Shown: piece after piece, positions 1-14,114 of the stretch
Position numbering within the stretch: position 1 is the stretch's first letter
How the letters are laid out: each line of letters starts with the position of its first letter
Assembly: GCA_951406725.2 (NCBI GenBank)
Contig: OX597825.1
Location: 85,312,001-85,376,000, forward strand
DNA: 64,000 nt
DNA from: Octopus vulgaris
Lineage: Eukaryota
Reading direction: 5' to 3'
Program-made: the position numbers and the translations under genes
The notes under the pieces: model-generated
What the model was told of the DNA's origin: nothing
The model's input: only the letters and a program-made list of their open reading frames with translations
Databases searched by the model: none

Positions 1-295
1 TTCTGGGAAGAGGGTATTTTCAAATTAAAGGAAAGATGGAGACCCATTGTGCAACAAAATGGTTCATATTTGGTTGATTAAAAATGTAATGGCAAGTATT
101 TATTGACCTTTTTCTTTCCTTTAAAAATTGGAACGAACTTTCCGGACAACCCAATAATTGATATTAATACAGTACACATGTCACCTGATAAGTGTCTTTG
201 TGATAATTTCTTCAAAATTATATTCTTTAAATACATAATATTTAGTTTAACGTTATTTAGATAAATAAGGAATGATAGATCTACTCTTTTCGTTT

Positions 296-490
296 CAAAT
301 TTTGACACAAGGCCAGCAATTTCGAAGATGTTTATATCGACTACATTGAGTTCAGTGTTTAACAGGTAATTATCGACCCGAAATGGTGAAAGGCCAAGTC
401 GGTCTCGGTGGAATTAGAACACAACTTAAAGCCAGACAAAATGCTGCTAACTTTTTGTCCGGCGCGCTAACCATTCTGCAATGCTCTCCG
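296..490 (-). mobile_element. Degenerate tRNA-headed SINE, family A (OK-like)
   Basis: Reverse complement matches the 601-870 copy (gcagaatggttagcgcgccgg ... ccgagaccgacttggcctttcacc ... ccttgtgtcaaaa). Confidence 0.75.
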
Positions 491-600
491 CTTTTGTAGA
501 TATATAATACTGAGACACACAACGCATGGTAAAATAGCTAAAGTACTGGACAAATTTTGCATCAGGGGAGGAATTCTCGACTTCAATATTGAACACAATA

Positions 601-870
601 TGGCGACGAGCTGGCAGAGTCGTTAGCACGCCGGGCGAAATGCTTAGCGGTATTTCGTCAGCCGTTCCGTTCTGGGTTCAAATTCCGCCGAGGTCGATTT
701 TGCCTTTCATTCTTTCGGGGTCGATTAAATAAGTAACAGTTATGCACTGGGGTCGATATAATCTACTTAATCCGTCTGTCTGTCCTTGTTTGTCCTCTCT
801 GTGTTTAGCCCCTTGTGGGTAGTAAAGAAATAGGTATTTCGCCTGTCCTTACGTTCTGAACTCATATTTT
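601..870 (+). mobile_element. SINE family A: head + body + tail B + start of a second unit
   Basis: A-box-like tggcagagtcgttag, B-box-like gggttcaaattcc, conserved core gcctttcattctttcggggtcgattaaataagtaacag; many copies in the window. Confidence 0.9.
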
Positions 871-945
871 GTCCAGCGTTGCTAAAGCTTCTGCCAGTGT
901 TATTCTGTCATATTGATAAAGGTTTCAAAGTTACACTGGAAATAA

Positions 946-983
<38 letters not shown>

Positions 984-1127
984 CAAGTATATATTAATAA
1001 TCGGAGAAGTTGCAGAATGATTCAAGGGCCGAGACTGTTGTGTGTTGGCCCTTGAGTCACCCTGTAACTTCAAATGATTATAAATAAAAATATGTTGTGT
1101 TCTATTTTCCTGTTCACATCGCCAAAG

Positions 1128-1136
1128 CTAGATAGG

Positions 1137-1210
<74 letters not shown>

Positions 1211-1262
1211 TGTATATATATAGATATATATATATATATATAGATATATATATATATATATA
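1128..1262. repeat. (GATA)n/(TA)n microsatellite
   Basis: Direct reading. Confidence 0.95.
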
Positions 1263-1793
1263 TGCATCTATGTACATTTACAAATATGTGTGTGTGAGAG
1301 AAAGACAGAAAGAGAGAGAGACAGAGAATATAAAGTGTGCATAACGTGATTTCATACTCCGAATTGTTTGGTTGTAGAATTATATATTTTTTTTAATTTC
1401 CTTTCATCCTACTGTGGTCGATGAAAGAGAACCTAGTCAGGCCCTGCAGTTGATGTAACCAAGTACATCCTTTAGAAGTACTGCGTGATATTGTACTTCT
1501 TTAAAACTCATTATTTTGGAAACATAATTACAATGGTGAAGTTGAAGAGAAGCCAGACTGTCTGACTGAATATGAATATCAATAAACATTTCTGCTCTTG
1601 AACTTTCCGAGTTCAGATTCTGCCCACATCATTCTCAATACATAAGTGGTATCATAAATACAACTTATGAACTGCATTGATTATATTCTTATCAAAAGAC
1701 TTTGATTTGTCTCTCACTACAGAAATCAAAGTAAATCACAAAACATTTGAACGAGTAAGTTATAAACTATATTGGAATATATGCACATTCGCT

Positions 1794-1857
<64 letters not shown>

Positions 1858-2734
1858 CACTGGTGTCGAAACCATAATGATATCCTTGGGGCAGCTGATG
1901 GAGGTATGCTGGATTGTTGGTACGACTGTGAAATAGTATTATAACACATCATTTTGATATATATATATATATGTATGTATGTATGTCCTGGGGAAATACT
2001 TCTCATTACAAGAGGAGCGTACTTCTTGCAAAACTCAAATAGAAGAGAAAAGTAATACAATTTCTTATTTGAAATTACGATACTTGTGAATGATTAGAAG
2101 CAGTAAGATTGAATCTAGGACAAACATATTGAAACACAAATAATTCAATGCTTATTCACATTTTTGGTATGTTTAAATGTTTATATGATAGACTGGCGCA
2201 AGCTTATAAACATGTATATGTATGTGTATGTATGAATGTATGTATGTATATATATACATATATATATATATTTATTTATTTATATATACATACATACGTG
2301 CATACATGCATGCATACATTTATATGCATATGTATGCATGTATGTATATATATATATATGTGTGTGTGTGTGTATGTGTGTGTGTGTGTCTCTGTGTGTG
2401 TAGTACTATTTCTTTTTATGTTCATTTCTAATGAAAACCATTTTTCCCATTAAATCTGATGAGTTTCTTTGTATTTTTGTAGAGTAAAAATGTATTAATC
2501 TTAAACAAGAACGTTGTTGACAGTGACTTCTAAGCCATCGTCGAACTGTCCAGCAATGGGTCAGCTGGTTGAAACTTCGAAGTTACTGTCAACAACATTC
2601 ATGTACAAAATAAGACATATTCGCAAGCGAATCCACTACATTTCAGTTGATAGACATGTTTCTTCGTGATTTCAGAAATATCTTATAAAGCAAGAGCCTA
2701 GATGATGTTTCTACAGGAATATTGATTTCAGGTT

Positions 2735-3110
2735 ATAGCACAAGGCCGGCAATTTCGAAGTAGGTGTAAGTCAAATGCAACGAGCCTAGAGCCCAACTGG
2801 TAGTGATTTTATCGACTCCGAAAGGATGAAGGGTAAAGTCGACCTCGGCAGAATTTGAACTCTGAACATAAAGTCGGACGAAGTAACATTGTCGATTCTG
2901 CTTCCATAAATTATTACAGAAATGTTGCTGTTTCAAAGGCTGTGATCTGTCAGAATCGTTTCACGCCAAGCAAAATGTTTAGCGGTATTTCGCGTCTTCA
3001 CCTTCCACAGAGGCCGACTTTACCTTTCATCTTTTCAGGGTCAGATGAGAAGTGGGGTCAGTGCAACCTACCATCCCTAAAAGTTTCCGGCCTTGTGTCT
3101 TTAGTAGAAG
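2735..3110. mobile_element. Two divergently oriented degenerate family-A SINEs (minus ~2735-2900, plus ~2940-3110)
   Basis: gaaaggatgaagggtaaagtcgacctcggc and aaatgtttagcggtatttcg...gaggccgactttacctttcatc. Confidence 0.7.
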
Positions 3111-3159
3111 GGATATCTCCGCTATCTCAAAAACCCACATTTAATTGCAAATGCCTCCA

Positions 3160-3336
3160 TTCCTCCATTATTTACATTATTTGCATTTCATGGATATTTG
3201 TCCTCATCTTGTTTGTTGTTAACTCAACGTTTCGGTTGATATACCTTCCAGCCTTCATCAGGTGTCTTGGGAAAATTTCGAACCTGGGCTACTAACCCCA
3301 AGATTCCGAGCTCGATTCCAGGCAGTGACCTGAATG

Positions 3337-3403
<67 letters not shown>

Positions 3404-3560
3404 CAACAACAACATCGAAAAATACAATGACACCTGATGAGGGCTGGAGATTATATCAGCCGAAGCATGTTAACAACAAACAAGATGAGGACAAACATCA
3501 GTCAATTGTAAATAATATAAATAATGTACATAATTCCTCATCTCTTAAATATAGAACTGC
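3160..3560. mobile_element. Penelope-like fold-back element: inverted arms with hammerhead-like motifs around a tRNA-like fragment and (TAA)n
   Basis: ~3160-3267 is the reverse complement of ~3430-3540. Each arm has CTGATGA-stem-GAAA(C). The centre has gggctactaacccc...gagctcgattcc. Confidence 0.65.
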
Positions 3561-3935
3561 CTACATTCCTGTAGCCAAGTAAAATATTTATCACATATGA
3601 AACCTGAGAGTCTGTGTACATTGAAGTCAATTAAGACGTCACTCACAATAACTAATAAACGAACTGAACTTTGTGCATTGATCCGGCATAAAAGTACCCT
3701 GAATGGTACCCGAGGTGGTTTTTAACGGAGGAGAAACATCTCCTAGATGCTATTTTAATCATTATGTTGAAAGGAGTAAATGAACTTTTATTTGCAATGT
3801 ACTCAATTATAAACGAGCTTTTAGCAGTAACGACGTCTTACATTTCTGATTCCCATTACAGGATATCAACTTAATGAGCCTCTGACAACTCGAAGGGATA
3901 TGTACTGTCGTGTATATATGGATTTGCGCGCAGGC

Positions 3936-3976
<41 letters not shown>

Positions 3977-4109
3977 CTAGTGCGTCTCAGTGCATTTGCG
4001 TCTTTCTATCTATGGAGGATTTCAATTTAAATATTTTGGTGAAGAGAAACAAGAAAACTTAATTATAAAAAAGAAAGTACATATTCTTAGAGTACGCACA
4101 CACATCTAT

Positions 4110-4144
<35 letters not shown>

Positions 4145-4349
4145 TTACGTACGTATCTGTGCATATACGTATAAAAATATATCTGTATATACATATATAC
4201 ATACATATATATGCATATATATGCATGTCTGTAAATATATAAGCGTATATATAAACAAACAGATATCTGTAAAAATAAAATTCTGCATATATATTTTTGT
4301 ATATACATGCATATATGTAAACACATACATATATATATATGTATATGTA

Positions 4350-4435
<86 letters not shown>

Positions 4436-4865
4436 CATATGTGTGTATATATATACATATATATATGTATACACGTGTACAACAATGTATGTATATATTA
4501 TATATATATATACCAAGGAGAAAAATACAGAAGATGTTTAGAAACGGTTTAGAAAAAAAAACTGCGTTAGAATCTGAAAAAAATATTTCGAAATTGCCCT
4601 TCATCTCATCTCTAAGACGATGGAAGCACTTATGTAGCATTGCTGCATCTTACCAATAATTCTACAGACACTGAAATCGATCGATTATTCATATATTTAA
4701 TAATTTATTTCTTTTGCTTCTTCTGAAATGCAGCTGCAACCATAGAAGATTAAAAGATGCTGAACGTGGTACAACATTCTGCTCCAAGACATTATCACCA
4801 ATTCATAGCTTCTCTTTATGATTTTGCCATGAAGATTTTAAGACTCGTTTTTTTTTTTTACTCTT

Positions 4866-4971
4866 TTCCCCCTCCGCCTCCTCCTTTTCCTCTTCTTCTT
4901 CTTCTTCTTCTTCTTCTTCTTCTTCTTCTTCCTGTTCTTCTTCCTCTTCTTCTTCTTCTTTTTCTTCTCCT

Positions 4972-5002
<31 letters not shown>

Positions 5003-5200
5003 TTTCTTCTCCTTCTTCTTCATCATCTTCTTCGTCGTCGTCGTTGTAGTTCAGAAATTCTTCATCGTCTTATATTTTGTACTTTCTTTTTTCACTTCTC
5101 TCTTTCTTCCTATCTTTCTTTCTTCCCTTTTTCTTTCTTTCTTCCCTTTTTTCTTTCTTTCTTTCTTTCTATCCTTCCTTTTTTCCGTCTTTCTCTTTTT
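4866..5200. repeat. (CTT)n/pyrimidine-rich simple repeat
   Basis: Direct reading; explains the poly-L/poly-K ORFs. Confidence 0.95.
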
Positions 5201-5556
5201 TCTATACTTATTAATTGCCATTCAACCGTTCAGATAGAGTTAAGGGGTGAGTTATTGGGTGTTTTCTGTTTTAGTGGAATCAGCGTGGGTTAGGGTCGAC
5301 GAGTCTTGTGTGGGCCTGCTGTTTGTACTCAGCATTACACCACCATTTGATTACAGTGCCGGTTTATCTCTCAGATATTTTTCAATCCAACAAATTAGTT
5401 CCCTTTCTCTTCTTTTATTTGTAGTGACTTGATTCTTTTTCAACACATTTCTGACATTATATACATATATGTAGCTATATATAATACATGCATATATACA
5501 TATACATACATATATTCATGCATTTGTACATATATAACATACATATATATATATAT

Positions 5557-6052
<496 letters not shown>

Positions 6053-6363
6053 ATTTGCATTTGAATAAATATATGTAGTTTTATATTTATAATATACATA
6101 TGCTTCTCAGTTCATATATTTATTTAAAGACATGTATGTATACGTATAACTGTATATGTGCGTTTTTGTGTGTGCGTAGAAATACTTGAATCAAAGATCA
6201 AGGAAGTTTGAAACCCAACGATAATTCAATATACATACGCACACATAAATACACACGCAAACATTTACTTTATATATACATAGACATACATACATATATA
6301 TAAATATATATATACACATACATATATATATATGCATATATTTGTATATGCCTATATATATAT

Positions 6364-6403
<40 letters not shown>

Positions 6404-6466
6404 ATATGTGTGTATATATATATATATGTATGTATATATGTGTGTATATATATATATATGTATGTA

Positions 6467-6522
<56 letters not shown>

Positions 6523-6780
6523 CTTTATTTAAAAGCAGCAGAAATTCAACAAAACCTGTTACTCGGAGTTTCACGTTCCTGTTCGTCGGACAGTTTTGTT
6601 AAAATTTTGTTCGTCGGACAGTTTTGTAAAATTTAACAAAACTGTCCGACGAACGGGGACGTGAAACTCCGAGTAACAGGTTTTGTTGAATTTCTGCTGC
6701 TTTTAAATAAAGCATATTACTCTACCCCTGGTATTTGAGTACTCTTTTTTCCACCTTGTTTCACATTTATGTGTTTACTC

Positions 6781-6785
<5 letters not shown>
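6523..6785. mobile_element. Penelope-like pLTR fragment with an ~85-bp inverted duplication, in (TA)n
   Basis: 6523-6606 is a near-perfect reverse complement of 6629-6712; flanked by (TA)n. Confidence 0.7.
6629..6693 (+). ncRNA. Type-I hammerhead ribozyme-like motif (U4C core variant)
   Basis: Stem I 6629-6645/6676-6693; CCGACGA; stem II acg-ggga-cgt; GAAA; stem III act-ccg-agt; GUA cleavage triplet. Confidence 0.7.
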
Positions 6786-6833
<48 letters not shown>

Positions 6834-7654
6834 CACACACACAAACAAAGACACATACACAGCACTTTCAAACACCTATTAAATACATGACAGTGTTCGA
6901 CTTTGATGTTTTTTTATTAGCAATTTTCGTATTTCCTCATTAATACTTTATGTTCCAAATGGAACACCATCCTTCCTAAATCCATTATTCCATCAACTTC
7001 ATGAATCTATCTCATTTCCATTCTCAGAATGAAATTATTACAAACTGGCATCTTTCCCGCGATTTTCGTTGAAATCGGAAACTAAGAGTCTCGGTAAATT
7101 TTCTTTCGTTTTTACCGACGCAAAAATTTGAAAAACATTATTCACTGGTTAAACCCGGTGGCTTTCGTTGTTAATTTTGTATTTGTTTTCGATGTGGGTT
7201 GTAAGTGTTTGTCTTCTTTATTTGTTGATTCTGGTGTCAATTAGTAAAGCTTTCGTTCACGTGGAACTCTGTATAGAATTACAGTTATTCGGAGTTATTG
7301 TTTCTGTTTCGACTTTTGTTGCGTGTGCTCTATTTTAAGAGTGTTGCGATGGCTGTTTGTGTAAATATGGTCCGGTGGAACAACATTCAAAATATATCCA
7401 CGCCTAAAAATATGAGTTCGTTCAAATACAAAAAAATAGAATCCTTGCTTAAAATTGAACAGACATACAGAAAAGAAAGAAAACCAGAAAAACAAACATG
7501 ATTTTAATGAAACCTGTCTTTCAGCTTAAATATCTGAACAATAAAAGCATTTGCATCCAATATAGATTGAACTCTCTAAGAACTCTTTCATTTGCAACTT
7601 CGAGGCTCATGAATCTGCCTGCTTACCTCCTTACTTAGAGATAGAAAAATGGGT

Positions 7655-7850
7655 CTCAAATTTTGGCACAAGGCCAGCAATTTTAGGAAAGGTGGTAAGT
7701 CCATAACATCGACCCCAGTGATCAACTGGTACTTATTTTATCGACACCAAAACGATGAAAGGCGAAGTCGCCTTTGGTGGAATTTGAACTCAAAACCTAA
7801 AGACGGGTGAACTGCAGCCCAGCGTGCTAACGATTCTGCCAGCTCCCCAA
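7655..7850 (-). mobile_element. SINE family A
   Basis: cgaccccagtgatcaactggtacttattttatcgac...gaaaggcgaagtcg...gtgctaacgattctgccagctc. Confidence 0.85.
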
Positions 7851-7919
7851 AGACTTGTTGATATTCATGTGGTAGTATTCTTTAAGGTTTTCGCCACATA
7901 TAATTTTTTGTATTATACA

Positions 7920-8295
7920 ATTTTACTCTTTTACTTGTTTCAGTCATTAGACTACGGCCATCATGCTGGGGCACCGCCATGAATAATGTTTGTCAAACGA
8001 ATCGATCCCAGTACTTTTATGTTAAGATCGGTACTTAATTTATTGGTTTCTTTTGCCGAACCACTAAGTTACGGCGACATATACACAACAAAACCAGTTG
8101 TCGGACGGTGATGGGGGACAAACACTGACACACACACACACACATACGCACATATACGATGGGTTTCTTTCAGTTTCCCACTACTAAGTCCATTCTCAAG
8201 GTTTTGGTCGACCTAAGACCATAGTAGCAAGTATTCGCCTAAAGTGCACGCAGTGGGACTGAACCTGAAACCATGTGGTTGGGAAATAAACTTAT
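7920..8295 (-). mobile_element. SINE family B (OR-like, CORE-like tRNA SINE)
   Basis: Tail ttttactcttttacttgtttcagtcat, internal (CA)n, head cagtgggactgaacctgaaaccatgtggttgg. Confidence 0.85.
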
Positions 8296-8870
8296 TTTTA
8301 ATGAATTTCAACTGATAATAATTTCATCGATAATAATCCCTAGTATTATGTTTCTGTCGGGTAATGTTATCTAGGATAATCGTGTTCACCGTACCATTCA
8401 CTCTCCTCGCTTCGTTTGTAGACAGGAACCGCAAACGAGACTCACGTCGTGGATAAAGAAAATAACATTTAACAAGCGAAAATTATTTATAGCGGCAAGA
8501 GCATGGCGCCATGTTGGATATAATTAGAGGAATAGGAACGCGAACAAAAGGAAGTCATTGAAGCTATTAGCGGACATATTAATTGCAATCCTTGGCGTAA
8601 ATAAATAAGGGATAGGTTGCTGTTTTCTTGCTTAATCCCAAATGAGCTCTAATCATATAGATTTATGATTAAGCTGGTGACTACCGAACCTATTCAAGAC
8701 TGAATAGCTGAGAATATATTATTTATTGTCTTTTCCTTTTCCTAAGAAGGTTGGCTGAAATTTGAGGCAGATGTGTCTGCTATTTCTAGCAAGTGGATTG
8801 GCTGCGTAGAGTCAATCATTTTATACGGTTTGTGATAAATTCGAGATCAGCTGTTCTCGTAGTTACCTTA

Positions 8871-9291
8871 CCTATTTCTTTACTACCCACAGGGGGCTAA
8901 ACACAGAGGGGACAAACAAGGACAGACAAACGGATTAAGTGGATTATATCGACCCCAGTGCGTAACTGGTACTTGATTTATCGACCCCGATAGGATGAAA
9001 GGCAAAGTCGACCTCGGTGGAATTTGAACTCAGAACGTAACGGCAGACAAAATACCTACTTTTTTACTACCCACAAGGGGCTAAACACAGAGGGGACAAA
9101 CAAGGACAGACAAACGGATTAAGTCGATTATATCGACTCCAGTGCATAACTGATACATATTTAATCGAACCCAAAAGGATGAAAAGCAAAGTCGACCACG
9201 GCGGAATTTGAACTCCGAACGTAACGGCAGATGAAATACCGTTAAGCACTTCGCCCGGCGTGCTAACGTTTCTGCCAGGTTGCCGCCTTCA
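8871..9291 (-). mobile_element. SINE family A dimer flanked by a 15-bp TSD
   Basis: Two ~184-bp units with one head; ctcgtagttacctta at 8856-8870 and 9292-9306. Confidence 0.9.
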
Positions 9292-9784
9292 CTCGTAGTT
9301 ACCTTAACCTTAATCCTGGTAACAATGTTAGCAATTAGAACAAAAGCTTCCTCGTAAAGTAAATTAGCGATATTTTGACGTTGTACTGTTTTTATTTATC
9401 ATTATTTTGCAAATATAATTACAACGGTGAAGTTGAAGAGAAGACAGACTGTCTGACTAAATATGATTATCAATAAATATTTCTGCTTATGAATTCTTCG
9501 CCCAACCATTACTGAACCTTGAAACGTCAGAAACACTTACGTGCTGTTCATTATAATGAGGGCACAGACACAAAAGTGTGGCGATTGTGGCACGGTCGGG
9601 AGGAGGGGGGTCGAAAGTGTAAGGAAATCTTCGCGAGGAGAATTGATTAGAAAGGGAATTGTCAGTAGTCAAGTATAAGACACAGTGACTACTAAACTGT
9701 ACCAAGTACTAGCAAGTAATACAGTTACTAATAAATAGCAATTTACTAACAAGTACCAGTAACATTAACAAGTAGCAATATTAC

Positions 9785-9838
9785 TATTAGGTTGGTGCAT
9801 AATTATTGCGGCTCTTTTCCAATAAATTGTATTCAATA
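9785..9838. mobile_element. Mariner TIR stub
   Basis: tattaggttggtgcataattattgcgg resembles Hsmar-type TIRs; same motif at 10192 and 10260. Confidence 0.7.
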
Positions 9839-9844
9839 CGCGCA

Positions 9845-9945
9845 TGGGTGGCTGTGTAGTAAGTAGCTTGCTTACTAACCACATGGTTTAGGGTTGAGTC
9901 CCACTGTGTGGCACCTTGGGTAAGTGTCTTCTACTATAGCCTTGG
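9845..9945 (+). mobile_element. SINE family B, 5' part
   Basis: ggtggctgtgtagtaagtagcttgc...gtggcaccttgggtaagtgtcttctactatagcc. Confidence 0.85.
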
Positions 9946-10016
9946 GTGGTAGTAAGTAGTAGTAGTAGTGATGGTGGTGGTGGTGGTGGTGGTGGTATTA
10001 GTAGTGGTAGTGGTGT

Positions 10017-10066
<50 letters not shown>

Positions 10067-10117
10067 TACAAGATCATCATCATCAGCAGCAGCAGCAGCA
10101 GCATCAGCAGCAGCAGC

Positions 10118-10149
<32 letters not shown>

Positions 10150-10229
10150 AAGTAGTCTTGACCCTCTGAGTTCAACTTCCAATAATTTAATTATTGGGTT
10201 GGTGCATAATTATTGCAGCTTTTTTTTTT

Positions 10230-10545
10230 TTGAGGGCTGCAAAAAGAAATCTATAAAAGTATTGGATTGGTGCATAATTATTGTGGGTTTTTTTCAACAA
10301 ATTTTATTCAACAAAAACAATAACAACATGTAACAAAAACATCTTTAAAGGATTGTTCAGGAGCATAGTCACCATCTACTTCAATTACTGCTTCCCATTT
10401 GCTTGGCAGACGGTCGGAATAATCATTTAGAGATGTTTTTGTTAAATATTCTTATTGTTTTTGTTGAATAAAATTTGTTGAAAAAAACCCACAATAATTA
10501 TGCACCAATCCAATACTTTTATAGATTTCTTTTTGCAGCCCTCAA
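10230..10545. mobile_element. Mariner-derived fold-back element containing the transposase C-terminus
   Basis: ~125-bp inverted arms carrying the TIR tattggattggtgcataattattg. The minus-strand centre encodes DRLPSKWEAVIEVDGDY, a mariner C-terminal motif. Confidence 0.8.
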
Positions 10546-10819
10546 GAAATGTTTGACAAAAAAACTGAAGAAATTTGAAAGAGAAGAAAAGTAAGACAAT
10601 TTTTTTTTTCAAAGACGGAAGCTAAGTGTAAAAATTGGAAAGAAATGGAGAGAGAATAAAAGAGTGGCATCTTGTCAAATAATTCTTTGAGAATTTTCTG
10701 GAAGAGAATCTTGTGGGAATTGAAAGTAATCTAAGAAATTAGAATGGTTTCTGTGACGTGATTGGTTTCATATCTGCTGTGGTGAATAGTCTTCGACTGA
10801 TCCCCTTCAGCGCTGTCAA

Positions 10820-11768
<949 letters not shown>

Positions 11769-12340
11769 ATGTGTATAATGCTGACTGAATTCTAGTTTCG
11801 GTTGATGGTAGAAAATTGTGAACTAAAACTGATGTATAGAACGTATGTGAGTGCTTGTGTGATTATATGTATATGTATACGAATATACGTACATATATGT
11901 GTGTGATACACACACACACACACACATACAGAATAGAGTGAGATAATGAAAAAGTGGGATTGAGAGAACGAAAGACCAACGCAACAGGATGGGGCAGATG
12001 TACAATAAAAACTAATAAGTTGACATTAGAAGCCGTTGATAGTTAATTATGATGATTTGGATGTTGACTCTCCCCTGAATAAAGATGGCGGATGGAAACA
12101 GCTAAAGAAAGAACGAGGAAAATGAAAAATATGAAAGTGTTAGTCTAAATGTACTAATCTACAGGTTTCTATTGGTTTGTACGGCAACCGTTGAATGACC
12201 GGAGGTAGTGGGCTGGACAAGGCTTGGGCTTAAGAACAAGAGAGTAAATGAGAGCCCTGGGAATTGTCTATTTGCGTGTGTTAGTGTGTGTATTCGCGAG
12301 TGTGTAGAAGAATTAGAGTGTGTGTGTGTGTGTGTGTGTG

Positions 12341-12376
<36 letters not shown>

Positions 12377-12864
12377 GTGTGTGTATTCGCGAGTGTGCAG
12401 AAGAATTAGAATGTCTGTGCGTGTGTGTATCTGTGAATGTGCTGCACTAAAGTGACTCACATTCTCCCTGAAGTTATTAATTGGCGTTCCCCCTGCCACT
12501 CAATTCCATACTATCAGAAATAAACCTTTTCCCCAAACAGTAATTTTCTGTGATTCCTCCATCTCACCACTATGCACATCTCTATTTCGTACGAGGAACC
12601 TAATCCAAACGCTGTCCAATCCGTAACTCCCAGCTATTGGACTCCCACAGTTTGCTCCTACCATAACCATACAAACAATTCAGTGTTTCACTTTGTAAAC
12701 AACTATTCCAAAACACTGAGCATCTTCAGATGTTACTATTCTATCTGAAGATCTTCATCTTCCGTTGACGTCTGGAAATGGCAGCAAACAGATGTGAACA
12801 ACTGTAAACATTCCCCTCGTTTTACGCATTCTTTTTCTGTCTGTTCTTCGAGTTGAACTAAGTC

Positions 12865-13241
12865 TTTTCTACTATAGGCACAAGGGCCGAAATTTTAGGG
12901 GAAAAGGGCCAGTACGCAACTGGTACTTAATTTATCGACTTCGAAAAGATGAAAAGCAAAGTCAACCGCGGCGGCATTTGAACTCAGAACATAAAGACAG
13001 ACGAAATACCTATTTCTTTATTGCCCACAAGGAGCTAAACACAGAGGGGACAAACAAGGACAGACAAACGGATTAAGTCGATTACATCAACCCCAGTGCG
13101 TAACTGGTACTTATTTAATCGACCCCGAATGGATGAAAGGCAAAGTCGACCACGGCGGAATTTGAACTCAGAACGTAACGGCAGACGAAATACTGCTAAG
13201 CATTTCGCCTAGTGTAGTAACGATTCTACCAGTTCGCCGCC
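12865..13241 (-). mobile_element. SINE family A dimer (head + unit with tail B + unit with ordinary tail)
   Basis: Two gatgaaa(g/a)gcaaagtc bodies joined by tatttctttattgcccacaaggagctaaacac. Confidence 0.85.
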
Positions 13242-14114
13242 CTTTCTGTTGAACCAAGGCTGTCAGAGTTCTATTCCTGTAGACCACACTCTTATAGACT
13301 CTCATCATTGAGAATGTTACCCAAAGTAATTTTGACGCCTTCCACTCCAATAAAATCTTCAGTTCTACCAGGAACAAGAATCTGGGCAAGTTGTCCGTCA
13401 ACCTAATTCATCCATCTCTAATCTCTTTGACTGGAATCATCTCTGATCTCCTGGACTTGATGGCTTTTCTAGTGGTTTATATAGCATGACCTAGTTATTA
13501 TCGTTCCGTGGGGATGTACTAAGGACCTAGAAATCTATGGGCAAAGTCCTTTCTCCTCTCAGGTGCTTATTTAAAATACGATTCATATCTTTATTGATCT
13601 ATTTTTGTCGACAGTTTATAACAAACTTAAACTTTGGAATGAAATAATATTATTTCACTCCAAATAATTCGATGCTTGCCTTTCTGATCATCTTTGTCTC
13701 GGGTATGACGTCACTTTGTAATTAATTATTTACAGTAATCATTTCATTTAGTAACATATTGATCCTCAAGGGATTAATATGTCGGCACAAGTTCGATCTC
13801 ATTGTGGGCAAGTGTATTCTCGCATAATCACAAATTCCATTCTGGACTTGTAACAGAAACAAGAGAGTCGGAAACTGTAAAGAAGCCTGCTGGCCTATCT
13901 GTACCAGCTTTTGAATTTTAGAATTAATTCTTCGTCTCATTTAATAACACAACCACCCGGATCTTGGGTCCCTTATGCGGAATCTATTCTGTTGTAAACA
14001 TCCAGATTAGATCTCCGAATTTTTCCTCTTTCCCTCAACCAGTCTTCGATGTTCTCCAAACATCACAAACGCCATACTTCTTTCTCACTCCCTGTCGTTA
14101 TATCTTCTTTGATC

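Noticed and set aside
601-690. tRNA gene
   Set aside because: It is only the tRNA-derived SINE head; there is no complete cloverleaf and it continues into the SINE body.
1022-1068. 11-bp hairpin followed by caccctgta (Tc1/mariner-like terminus)
   Set aside because: No matching second terminus found; too short to call.
12480-13450. Possible old RTE reverse-transcriptase relic on minus, split by a SINE
   Set aside because: Only faint resemblance; no diagnostic motif could be read.
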